Below, one piece after another: positions 1-10,576 of a stretch of DNA of 64,000 nt. The notes under the pieces are model-generated. The model did not search any database. It had not been told where the DNA came from and saw only the letters and a list, made by a program, of their open reading frames with translations. The stretch spans positions 62,001 to 126,000 of the forward strand of contig CBFFRP010000080.1 in NCBI GenBank assembly GCA_965644295.1. Direction: 5' to 3'. This DNA comes from Paraphysomonas bandaiensis (lineage: Eukaryota; Protista; Chrysophyceae). The position numbers and the translations under genes are program-made. The stretch's first letter is position 1. Every line of letters starts with the position of its first letter.

Positions 1-514
1 ATACCTTAAAAAACTGAAAATTTTCGTAGGCATGCTGGCTTCCAAACTATTGTGATATATTGTACACTATACTTTAAGGCACTGCTCTGAGTGGCGATGT
101 TGCGATTTTGCGGTGCAAAAAGATTCATTTTTGGAGGTCCACGTTGGAACAAACGCCCGGATTTTAGAAATTAGTTTTTCGGATGTTGCATTTTTGGAAG
201 TCCTCCAATGTGCCAAAAAATGGTGACGAATAGTGCTGAAGATTGAGAAATACTGTGGAATACTGAATAATACAAAACCATTCACTTTCATTCGTTTTTT
301 CGGTGTCTTGAGGAGGAGTGTGTGTTGGTGTGTTGGTGTGTTGATGTGTTGAATCAGAGAATCACAAGAGCGCCTGTGAGTATACAAACATCACTTGGTG
401 CTACTGTATCACTCTTCGACTTCACCGGCCATTAAACTTATACTTCACATGCTGTACTTCACGGCTTAACTTCATCAACAAGTGATAATATATATAACAT
501 AGCCGATAACGATT

Positions 515-2746
515 ATGGTCAGATTCGAAGAAAATTATGCCGCCCACATCGACCTAGGGGTAGACGCCTACATGAACTACGACCTGCTGAAGAAAAAGAT
601 CCATGAATACGAGAGTGCTCCTCAGAGTCGAGATGGAAAGGTCACTCTGAAGGGTGGAACATTCTCCGCTCTATTCGAGGAGGAACTCATTCGGATAGAT
701 GAGATATTTTGTGACAAAATGCGCGATTTGGACTACATGCTTGTCGATACTCAGCGACTCGCCAAGTCAATAAGGAATTCCAATATGTCGAAAGGAAAGA
801 AAAAGGCCCAGGAGGCGGCTCTTAAAAGAAGTGCCACGCTGCTCTATCAAAAGCTCGCGAAGCTTGAAACTTACCGACTTCTGAACAGAACGGCAATCAT
901 AAAGATTTTAAAAAAGTACGACAAAGTATGTGTTCCTCTAAACCATGAGCCTCTTTTCAAGGTTCATATGGATATGATAGACAACTATAGTTTTGGTCAC
1001 GGTAGAACCTTACGTGATATGATATCTAATGTCGAGTCACTCTACGCAGAGTCATTCTGTGGAGGTGTTCTGGAAGAGGCACAGGGGAAGCTACGACTTG
1101 CTAAGGGGTCAGGCCGTCCCCAGTCTCGTACTATAGTTGCGTTCAAGATAGGTGCACTTATAACCCTGATCGTTTGGTTTGCAAATAACCTCGTGCTTGC
1201 ACCACGATATTCGATACCATATCTAACAATGGAGGACCCAGCAGTGTATGTGTATGCCGTAGTAGCTTCTCTAATCACTTTCAGATGGATTTGGGGCTTC
1301 AATGTGTACATGTGGGAGTCCGTACATATTGACTATATTCTTCTTCTCGACCTAGATGCCAACAAGCATGCTCTTACTTACGACCAGATTCTGTCAGAGG
1401 CGGCCACTTACTCCATTGCCTTTTTCGTCAACGTGATGGTATTCCACTCTCTGCGTCTTTATAAGGACAAAACGGACGAGAACTCGATGTCCGGAATTAT
1501 GGCGTTATTCGTACAGTACTCTTACATGATGCCCATTTTGTTGGTTTTAGTTACACTGCTCACTATCCTGAGATCAGCCATGCAACCAACATCATATGGG
1601 GTATTCTCCTCCAAGGTTTTCTTACAGGTAACCTATCTGCTGCTGATTTTATTTCATAATTGGTTTTCTTAGCTATTCATGGTGCCTTTTACGGACGTTC
1701 AATTTCGTCATACCTTTGCGGCAGATATTTTGACCTCCTTCACAAAGGTTATGGCTGCAGTCGTTTACTCCTGCTGCTACTTCATTTCCGGGGCATTCCT
1801 GCAAGGTGGATCAAGAGAATCTGATTTTGGTTCTGAGAGGTTCGCAGTGTGCCAGGAAAGTCCATACATGCACTTAGTAGTGGTGCTGCTATATCTTCTC
1901 CCCTTGTATATGCGTTTCATGCAAAATATGCGCCAACAGTACGATTCCGTGAAGCGCCGCAAGTTGGGTGCGCCTGTCGCACCAGCACCACGCCAGGTTG
2001 TGGTCCGTCCGCGAGCAACGGATGAGGAAACGGCAGATGACGGATCAGAATATGAAGGTGGGCTGAACAGAAGGCGTGTTGGGAGTCCATCAGAGGATCG
2101 GGCTGGACAGGGCACGAACGGAGGCTGGGTAATGGCATCTGTTGCAGATACATCCCAGAGATCGAATGAGGACATGCCTGATATACGTTCCAAGCCTGGA
2201 TCTATGGTAGCTGGATCCCCTGCAGGAGCTGGAATGCCTTACAAACTTAGTCGTAGTGAATCTGTTGATCTACCCAAGCCCAGCATTCTTGAGTGGCTAA
2301 ACACACGCATACGCTTACCGTCTTGGTTGTTGGTATGGCCTTACAGTTTCAATGGATTGAAATACTTCTTGTCTATGCTCGTAGTTGTATTCGGTGCTTA
2401 CCCCCCACAAGACCCTTCGTCGCTCACATATAAGGTTTGCTACCTCACTCTTTGCGCAGTTAGTACCTCGTATTCCACATATTGGGACATATTCAACGAT
2501 TGGCAGCTCTGCCAGATGACCCCACCGAACTATTTGCTCCGAGATATTCTGTACTATGGCGAGACAGAGTACTTTTACTATATTGTAATTGTCCTCAACG
2601 TAATATTTAGATGTCTTTGGACGATATCTTTCACACCGTATGGATCCCACACATTCTTTGTTGTGTTCGAGATTTTGAGGAGAAGTCTGTGGTCTTGTCT
2701 GAGGATGGAACTCGCCTATATCCAAGAGCTAAACAGAAGGAAATAA
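515..2746 (+). CDS. SPX-EXS domain phosphate exporter (XPR1/PHO1/SYG1 family), 2 exons, intron 1628-1672
   Basis: SPX motifs YMNYDLLKKKI and NRTAIIKILKKYDK. EXS motifs VQFRHTFAADILTS, YSTYWDIFNDW, FRCLW and EILRRSLW. A 45-nt GT..AG intron joins ORFs 515-1672 and 1679-2746 in frame. Confidence 0.92.
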
Positions 2747-3450
2747 TACATGGACGGATTTATACTTATTATTATTGCATTGCATACTGCAACTTATACG
2801 ATGAGAATTTAATATATTTAGAGTATAATATTTTGCATCGTTCACCACGAAAGTGAAGTTTATGATGTACCGGTTATTATGCGTGATAATACTTTTACAC
2901 AATAAAGCGACGACGCGTTTAGGTCATGATTTACTTGGAATTGCCACAAAGGAAAGGAAAAGGTTGGGACATTGTATATATGATTTAGACTCAACGGTAA
3001 TAATAAGAAATCTTAACGATGTTGGTTTCTGTTAGAATTGACATTACACTGAAGCTAACCTTGCTGTACGCGTACCATAATTTCAACAGTGAATCGTAAA
3101 TATTAGTATAAATATATTCATGTAACATCGGTTCTTGTTAACATGTTTATCATATATATGTTCACCAGTCATTCCTATATCTAATATAATCATACATCTG
3201 TAACAAAGTTAAAATAACTAAAATTTAAACTACACCTTTTGTTGAACGTTATGTATGCGCGTATTTGATAATAATATGTGATAGTTGATAGTTGTATTCA
3301 AGAAATTAGTGGTTGCAACTATTCGAGAAGAAAAAATTGATCATGGTAAGGGTTAGATTTTTGGTTCAAGTGGTGAAATGGGTAACTGAATGTGATATCA
3401 CTAAATTATATTCTTGGGTTGGGTTAATTGGATAAATACATTATTACTTA

Positions 3451-3652
3451 TAGTAGTGAATGTCTGATTACTAGCGATAGGAGTGTAAGTGTCGGAATGC
3501 AACAAAACAATTTAACTAACTAGTACCACTAACTAGTGATTAATTTTGCGCTACGAAAACTTCTTGTGCGCCACCCCTTTCGCTCTCTGTTCTTAAGTTG
3601 AACAGCCCTGATGCTTGACTTCAGTAGGCAACCCAGTACCCCAGATGCCCCT
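3451..3652 (-). mobile_element. Degenerate partial copy of the non-autonomous SINE-like element that shares the SET-LINE 3' tail
   Basis: The reverse complement ends in cctatcgctagtaatcagacattcacta, versus the LINE end cctattgctaaataatcagacattcacta. gatgcttgacttcagtaggcaacccagtaccccagatgccc matches 36609-36649. Confidence 0.7.
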
Positions 3653-4287
3653 GACTATACAGCAAATAATAATTGCAACTATACAACTGAAAACAAGCGG
3701 CGTCTATTAAGTCAATTAATTGTTACGCACTGCTAAACCTCAGTTTAGGTGAAACAGTATGTATTTAAATAACCAGCAATGTCAAGACTTTCTGCATCAT
3801 AATATATTACAATACCAATATACTGCATTCTCCTTCTGCTTTCATATATATATACGTGTAGTCAATACTATTTATTACAGTTCCATATAGACCTATGTTA
3901 GATAGTAGAATATATAATTTTATATAAGATACAGTACACCAGGACTGCGTAATAATTGATCGTGCATTAATAGACACATACAGGTTGTAGTTTTCTATAA
4001 TTGCAATTATTATTTTCTGTCCGATTAGTTGCAACTATTGGATACTAAGCTACGTATTCTTGTTATTATTATTATTATTCCCGAGGAGACGGTTAAAATT
4101 AAATCTGCGCTGTGTTGACACATTCTGAACTAGACCCTCATTGTCCATTGTCGTAATATGAAAGATGATTATTTACGATTTTGATCTCCTTCTGCAGTTG
4201 TCTGACATTTCGCGTAATGGAAATGTATGAAATAGGTTCAGAAATTATAATGGTATTACCATTAATGATTACCAGTTACCAGGCCTT

Positions 4288-7200
4288 GGCTTCAACCCCT
4301 GGAGCACTACCATCGCACAGGAAGATGCAGTTGAAACACGCCCAAACTGCGTTGACAAGTCGATGCCAGCCAACCCGGAAAGCCAAAAAGGTCGTAAATT
4401 ACGATGAAAGTGACCAACCAACGAACCTTCACAACTCACACCAATCCACGACCACACGAACGATCAGACCAACTCCAGCACTTGATACCACCAGCTGGGA
4501 CAAGGACTGGTCAAGAAAGTTCTACATTGCGTACGCCGATAACACTGCCAAAGGACTATCCCTTTATGCGAAGAACACATTCCCAGCAGACGTCATCATT
4601 GCTGAGTACAAAGGCAAACGCTATCCACTAACAAAGCTGAGTCAGTCTGCAAGGCGTTCTGATTACATAGTTCAAGACAGTACTGGTACCTTCGCAATAG
4701 ATGGCTTTGACCAAGTCCGACAATGTGTAACATGCGAAGCTGGGTATATTAATGACCCCCTAGCCACAAACATGGCTAATGTCAAGTTTGTCACGAAAAA
4801 TAAACGCCTCTATGTCCGTACAATACGTCCCATTGCTAAGGATGAAGAACTTCTCATCAACTACGGGCATCATTACTGGTGTGATCAACGCTGGCCACTT
4901 GAGATATTAATCCAAGCCAGGGCTGCGTACGACAGCGACATAGGCGGTGCCAATAAAGCAGTATGGGACAGACTCCTTGCAGACAAGAGTGGAACTCCTA
5001 CAGAGACCTCCAGCAGCATCCCCAAGGCTCCCTCGGGAGCAGCCATGGGACTCCGACTCTCCACATGGAACACAAATGGCAATCCGGCATCTCACACAGG
5101 CAAAGTCCAAGCTATCATCCGACACTTTAAGCGGCAAAAATTGGACGTGCTCCTATTACAGGATGTCCGTCTAACAGAAACTCAGGCCAACTTCTTCACA
5201 CGTATCATAGAAGATGCAATCCAGGGATCAAGAATATGCCTCTTCCTCAGCAAGCAGCCAAAACTGACTTCAAGAGACCCACTAATGGGGGGTACAGTAG
5301 TCATAATCAGCGAATACTGGAAGCGCCGTCTCGCCTTCACAAAGGCTGACTTTACGGGACTTGGTTTAGTGAGCCGACTAGAGTTCAAAACGTCGGTGGC
5401 GCACACCCTAGTACTAATAAGCGTCTATCTACCCCCGAAGCCATCCACGCCAGGCTCTTGCACATTATGGAGCAAATTGACCAAGCTAGGGAGAGCGTCC
5501 CGTGGTATCTGTACGGCTGACCCCTACAAGCTCCTATGCAACATCCTTACGAAATGGGTCACTAAAGCCAGAGCCAAGGACCATACTGTCATTGTCGCCG
5601 GCGACTTCAATGGCTCCATGGAGACAAATCCGAAAGGCAGAGACATACGACCACTTGCCGACAAACTCCAACTGGCTGCACCACTCCATGAGCTTCTCCT
5701 ACCCAGGAAAACATATCATACCTTCCACAGATTAGACAAAGGAATATCGCGGATCGATCATATTCTACACACGCCGTTACTTCCGAACATGTCTGTTACG
5801 GACACTGGCTGCCTTGACTCCCCCTCACTACTCGCAGCAGCCTTCGATCATCGACCGGTCTGGGTCGGTTTCACTGTACCAGTCAATCTTGACCCTCGAC
5901 CACCTGAGTCGCACCTCCGAATCCCCCCCCGTCTCAATGTAAACCCGAAGGACTCCAAGGAAGTACAGGCATACACCGCAAGACTCCTCCAACTTCATGC
6001 ACAACTACCACATTTAGACAACGGATCGTCTGCCATACTCCCTCCTGAGGTGGCAGCCAACAGACTAGCGGCCATCCATCACATAACCCTCCAGGCTTCG
6101 CTTGAAGCGAAGCGTCCTGCATGTACTTATAGCACACGACTACACGAACGTTGTCAGCGCAAACGCTCAAAGTTCAAGAATGGCTTTTCCCCGGAAATGA
6201 GAGTAATACAAGAAGGAATGATCATGGTTTTGCGGATTATCCAAAAGATGTTCAATTCTGCCGGATACAAACGGCATGGATGGCGCGGCCCCCCGGCAAC
6301 CACCCCCACCCACGAAATCATCACTGCATGGTTCATCCGATGGGACTCCTATCTCAGGAGTTCTCAGGGTCACATCAAAGGCATATCAGACATCAACTTC
6401 TGGTGCAGCCATCGCAACGCGGACCCACGAGTAATCCTGGGTTGGAACGAAAAGCAAGCCACCAAGAAAAACCTTCTCCGAATTGCCTTGCGACTGAGAG
6501 GACTTCTTCATGGAAGAGCCAGGACAGAAATGCGGACTAGACTCACGGCTCGCACCAATCAGATGGAGGCACTGCTACAGCAGAAAAGACTTCAAGCAAT
6601 TCTTCAGAAAATTGGTCTCAAGGTCAAAACACCACTCCGACTTACCACGGTGAAAACAACTGACGGACACATCCTCACAACACCGCAAGACATTCATGAA
6701 GGCATTAATGCGCACTTCCGTGAACATCATGCCAAACCTCCTGGACTTGACCCTGTAGCACAACAGCTCCAGGATGACCCTACATGGTGGAAATCCCTTC
6801 TTGATCCGGGCTCAGCGACATGCCAGGAACCACTCCACCCCCGCTCGAAAATCCCTCTTCCCCTGCAACTGGGGTTACGACGGGCCCTTTGTACCAAGAC
6901 CACTCCGGCCATGGCAGCCACACTCAAATCTACTCTTGCAAAAGACATCACCCAGGATGAATTCTACTGCACACTTCACTCTCTCTCCTTCAACCGCGCG
7001 CCTGGACCCTCAATGGTCTCCTCCAACATGGTCAAATCCTGGCCACCGGTAGTTCAGCGAGAGGCTTACATCCTCACCAGATCTCTCTGGAAACATAAAC
7101 ATGTGCCCATTTGGTGGAGAGACAGGGTAATGTCTCCCATTCTCAAGAAACCAGGAGAATCCTCCCTCACTAATCTCCGACCGATTGGTCTGCTTGAAGT

Positions 7201-10200
7201 CAGTAGGAAAATATTAACAAGGATAATCACTCATAGAATTCTTACCGTATGGGAGGAACAGAAAGTTTTGCATCCGTCCCAGCATGGTTATCGCTGGAGG
7301 AACGGGACGGACACAGCGATACTAAGGGTACTCGCGGCTGCAGAAGAAGCAAGACGAAAAGGCGACCAGCATATATGTACACTCTGGGACTTCAAGAAGG
7401 CCTTCGACTCAATTGCGCCTAACCTCATGCGTCTCGCGTGGGCACGACTGGGCGTTCCGGACGATGTAGTTGACTGGTTTGGCAACTTAGATGCCGGCGG
7501 TCTAACATTTCCCTGGACACCATTCATGGCAAACAACATAGAGCCACGTTCTCTCCTTGACCTCCTGTCCGCAGACGGCCACTTCATTGCACTATTCAGT
7601 CTGGGTTTCGAAGCCGAAAGGGGTATCACCCAAGGGGGCACAGAATCCACATGCGCCTGGGTGGCACTCTACGACATCCTTCTCACGTGGCTGGACATTG
7701 AACTGTCAACAACGAGTCCAACGTTACCAACTATTCAACTCACGACTCCGACTACCGGCGAAATAAAGATCTCCTTCGCGGATGATCTTAACACAATAGC
7801 TAAATCCATACACGCTGCCCAACTCATTGCCCAACAAATATCTGCGTTCTGCGTACTTTCGGGAATGGAACTCTCTATCCCCAAAGTAGTTTGCACAGTG
7901 TTTCCGATCCTACAAGATTCCAACAAGTCCTCCGACCCCATTGGCTACATCATTCTCTACGACTGGTCGTGGCGTCCACACCCAGTCCCTATCCAAACAT
8001 CACTAGAGTCGATACATTACCTCGGAGCAGACCTTCCTCTCACAATCACAGACAAGGCCTCCCATGATTGGTGTCTAAAATACCTGAAAGTCGTGACCAC
8101 ACACCTAGGGATTAAACAGGCCTCAGCCGGCTGTAAAGTCATGGTTATCGAGACCCAAATCATACCGACTTTGCTCTATAGAGCCACCAAAGCTTCATGG
8201 CCGCTACACTGGTACAGAGAAATTGACGCTGCTTGCGCAACCCTCTACAGAAAGGCCCTCAGTCTAGGCCCTGGATACCCCACGGAACTGATCTACCTCT
8301 CACTCAAGCACAACGGATTAGGTATGAAACGTTTCTCAGACTCGGCGCAGGAGCAAAAATGGGGATCTCTACAGCGCGCAATAACCCTCGGGGGAGAAGC
8401 AGGTCAAGCAGCACATTTTCTACTCACTCAGACAACAGAGCCACAGCCCCAATACCACCACTATGTTCTCAGCCTCAGGGAATGGGGAACGGAATTGGGC
8501 CTTACCCTGCAGCAACCTGAGCCCCCCGAACCACAGGATGAACACATGCTGACCAATCTAAAACAAGAACTCGGCCTTAATAGCGTCCAACCAGATACTT
8601 TCAAGGCAATCTTCACAGATGGATCATACACAGCCAGTGCGCTCTCCACGCGTCGCCTCACTCATGTCAATCCGCGAACACGATGGACACACCGAGGAGG
8701 TGCAGCGGTCGTCTACTTACCCCCAGAAAATGCCTGGGAAGATGGTACAACCATAATACTACGACTAGATACACCCTTTCGTGATGTGCCAGGTTTGGAC
8801 TCATACGCATATGAACTCATAGGCACAGCCATGGGGCTTATACTCTCAACACGCATTCCCGAACACATAAGAAGCCACACAGACTGTCAGGCAGTGTGCA
8901 CCCGTACTGAGGAAGCACTCTCCACAAGACGCAGAGCTCTCGGTCACCGTGCAAAAGGGGTACTACTCGAAAGCATCGCGGCCAGTAGAGATTGCAAACG
9001 ACAGGTGACCTGGGTGAGGTCCCATCCCGAACGACGTACCACAGATGAAACGGAGTGGACGTTTGAGGACAAGGGCATCTATATTGCGGACGCAGTCGCG
9101 GGTGAAGACTGGCATGAAGTCGATCGCATCCTTGGAAAAAATAACTACACTGTCTGTACAATTGCGATTGACAGTGCCATTGAACGCTTACTAACCGCTG
9201 GATTATGGCACTGGCGTTTGCACAGTACAAGACGGCCATACTACTCTAGCCCACTCCTTACTGATTTCCAAGATCTCTGCGACCTAAGGACACTTGAGAA
9301 CTACACTTCAACCAGAGATCAACGCTACGGAAACAATCCTGATCGAGCGCCTGGCTACTGGACCAATAGCGGAGTACACCTCCCGCGCAAACTAGCTCAA
9401 GCGGATGGCAGTGCATCCAAAGACAAACTCAGCTCAAATCTACGCCAAAGAATTCTCAACACGGCACTGACATGGGACAAATCTTTCTGCATAGGGAGGA
9501 ACCGGGCCAAAACCAAACAGGGGCTTGACCTGACCAAAGCCGCATGCTCTGACTGCGGGTTTCGACTAGATTCCCTAAAACATATGTGCCTCGACTGCAC
9601 ACATGAATCCATCACCCAAATAAGGGAAACTGCATTTCAATCGCATAAAAATGTGCTACACGAAATACAGAGAACTCAGACCTTACCCAACTGGATCACA
9701 TCTGCACTACGGAGACTCTCCAGCAGAGCCTGGAATCCCTCCATCCCACAGGTCGAGAGATACTGGACTGGAACCATCACAGCAGCCCAACTGGAAACGG
9801 TCTTCGGAGATGACATACACAACCACCTGACGGCTCACAGTCTACGGAACCTAGAAACAGTGGTTATTAATCTCCTGCAACCGCTTTACACTGCAGCGAA
9901 GCTTATGTTACAGGATCGCGGTTGTCGCTATATCACCATGTCCAAAAGGCCGCCCAGGCTACTCCCGAGACCCCGTCCGAAACGCAGTCAGTCAAGACAA
10001 CGTCCGAGAGTCCTTCGACTACTAGGGGTCCAACGAAGACCCCCCACAGCGTATCCGACTCCAGACACACGTGCACACCTCACAGGTCCTACCCGACAGA
10101 GCACTGGACTGCCCAGACCTCCACAACGCCGACGGCTTCGACAACTCTATCTACACCCGCGGCCCCACAGGAGCACAGTAACACATACTACAAACCCAAC

Positions 10201-10576
10201 TCCTCCTCCCAACAATCCCCACCACTCCCAACCCACACATCTGGAACTAGGTGCACTCAGGACCCTAATTCAGAATGCTGAGCCCCCTCCAAAACCAATG
10301 GAGACCCATCCCAAAGGGAGACCCCCAGATCAAAAGCGCCGGTGAGTCCACGGACACACGATAAAGGCGAATTTCATATCACACAAAAAGAACGGAAGTG
10401 GTTGCACCTTGGTGCTTGCGGCGACGCACAAGCAGCTTTCGTAGCGTTAAATAGTAGGATAAAAGAGTTTGTATTGATTAGTTACGGGTAGTGGTCTAAC
10501 TAGTATGACTAGCATTCTTCTAGCCACTAATTGATGCAAGGTCTCAACGCCTATTGCTAAATAATCAGACATTCAC
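4288..10576 (+). mobile_element. Non-LTR retrotransposon (LINE), single ORF SET-APE-RT-RNase H-ZnF, possibly 5'-truncated
   Basis: Exact direct repeat TACCAGGCCTT at 4277-4287 and 10577-10587 (TSD of 9-11 bp; the first TA may belong to the element tail). Composition switches to C/A-rich at ~4280. The 3' UTR recurs elsewhere in the window. Confidence 0.93.
4325..10345 (+). CDS. Retrotransposon polyprotein: SET (~4520-4880), APE endonuclease (~5050-5875), reverse transcriptase (~7090-8040), RNase H (~8605-9110), CCHC finger (~9544-9598)
   Basis: SET: GLSLYAK..IIAEYKG, AGYIND, NVKF, RPIAKDEELLINYGHHYW. APE: TWNTNG, SVYLPP, GDFN, SRIDHIL, DHRPV. RT: LRPIGLLE, DFKKAFDS, GITQG, FADD, YLG. RNase H: IFTDGS, YELIG, TDCQ, WVRSH, ADAVA. 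ZnF: CSDC..DSLKHMCLDC. The first in-element ATG is 4325; the track start at 4181 is a TTG in the host flank. Confidence 0.93.
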   Translation: MQLKHAQTALTSRCQPTRKAKKVVNYDESDQPTNLHNSHQSTTTRTIRPTPALDTTSWDKDWSRKFYIAYADNTAKGLSLYAKNTFPADVIIAEYKGKRYPLTKLSQSARRSDYIVQDSTGTFAIDGFDQVRQCVTCEAGYINDPLATNMANVKFVTKNKRLYVRTIRPIAKDEELLINYGHHYWCDQRWPLEILIQARAAYDSDIGGANKAVWDRLLADKSGTPTETSSSIPKAPSGAAMGLRLSTWNTNGNPASHTGKVQAIIRHFKRQKLDVLLLQDVRLTETQANFFTRIIEDAIQGSRICLFLSKQPKLTSRDPLMGGTVVIISEYWKRRLAFTKADFTGLGLVSRLEFKTSVAHTLVLISVYLPPKPSTPGSCTLWSKLTKLGRASRGICTADPYKLLCNILTKWVTKARAKDHTVIVAGDFNGSMETNPKGRDIRPLADKLQLAAPLHELLLPRKTYHTFHRLDKGISRIDHILHTPLLPNMSVTDTGCLDSPSLLAAAFDHRPVWVGFTVPVNLDPRPPESHLRIPPRLNVNPKDSKEVQAYTARLLQLHAQLPHLDNGSSAILPPEVAANRLAAIHHITLQASLEAKRPACTYSTRLHERCQRKRSKFKNGFSPEMRVIQEGMIMVLRIIQKMFNSAGYKRHGWRGPPATTPTHEIITAWFIRWDSYLRSSQGHIKGISDINFWCSHRNADPRVILGWNEKQATKKNLLRIALRLRGLLHGRARTEMRTRLTARTNQMEALLQQKRLQAILQKIGLKVKTPLRLTTVKTTDGHILTTPQDIHEGINAHFREHHAKPPGLDPVAQQLQDDPTWWKSLLDPGSATCQEPLHPRSKIPLPLQLGLRRALCTKTTPAMAATLKSTLAKDITQDEFYCTLHSLSFNRAPGPSMVSSNMVKSWPPVVQREAYILTRSLWKHKHVPIWWRDRVMSPILKKPGESSLTNLRPIGLLEVSRKILTRIITHRILTVWEEQKVLHPSQHGYRWRNGTDTAILRVLAAAEEARRKGDQHICTLWDFKKAFDSIAPNLMRLAWARLGVPDDVVDWFGNLDAGGLTFPWTPFMANNIEPRSLLDLLSADGHFIALFSLGFEAERGITQGGTESTCAWVALYDILLTWLDIELSTTSPTLPTIQLTTPTTGEIKISFADDLNTIAKSIHAAQLIAQQISAFCVLSGMELSIPKVVCTVFPILQDSNKSSDPIGYIILYDWSWRPHPVPIQTSLESIHYLGADLPLTITDKASHDWCLKYLKVVTTHLGIKQASAGCKVMVIETQIIPTLLYRATKASWPLHWYREIDAACATLYRKALSLGPGYPTELIYLSLKHNGLGMKRFSDSAQEQKWGSLQRAITLGGEAGQAAHFLLTQTTEPQPQYHHYVLSLREWGTELGLTLQQPEPPEPQDEHMLTNLKQELGLNSVQPDTFKAIFTDGSYTASALSTRRLTHVNPRTRWTHRGGAAVVYLPPENAWEDGTTIILRLDTPFRDVPGLDSYAYELIGTAMGLILSTRIPEHIRSHTDCQAVCTRTEEALSTRRRALGHRAKGVLLESIAASRDCKRQVTWVRSHPERRTTDETEWTFEDKGIYIADAVAGEDWHEVDRILGKNNYTVCTIAIDSAIERLLTAGLWHWRLHSTRRPYYSSPLLTDFQDLCDLRTLENYTSTRDQRYGNNPDRAPGYWTNSGVHLPRKLAQADGSASKDKLSSNLRQRILNTALTWDKSFCIGRNRAKTKQGLDLTKAACSDCGFRLDSLKHMCLDCTHESITQIRETAFQSHKNVLHEIQRTQTLPNWITSALRRLSSRAWNPSIPQVERYWTGTITAAQLETVFGDDIHNHLTAHSLRNLETVVINLLQPLYTAAKLMLQDRGCRYITMSKRPPRLLPRPRPKRSQSRQRPRVLRLLGVQRRPPTAYPTPDTRAHLTGPTRQSTGLPRPPQRRRLRQLYLHPRPHRSTVTHTTNPTPPPNNPHHSQPTHLELGALRTLIQNAEPPPKPMETHPKGRPPDQKRR

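Noticed and set aside
1-312. Possible transposon end at the window start
   Set aside because: No partner terminus or TSD is visible, and the 106-aa ORF has no motif.
4181-4287. ORF-track N-terminal extension of the 2054-aa protein
   Set aside because: It lies outside the TSD in AT-rich host flank and starts at TTG. Probably fortuitous open frame.
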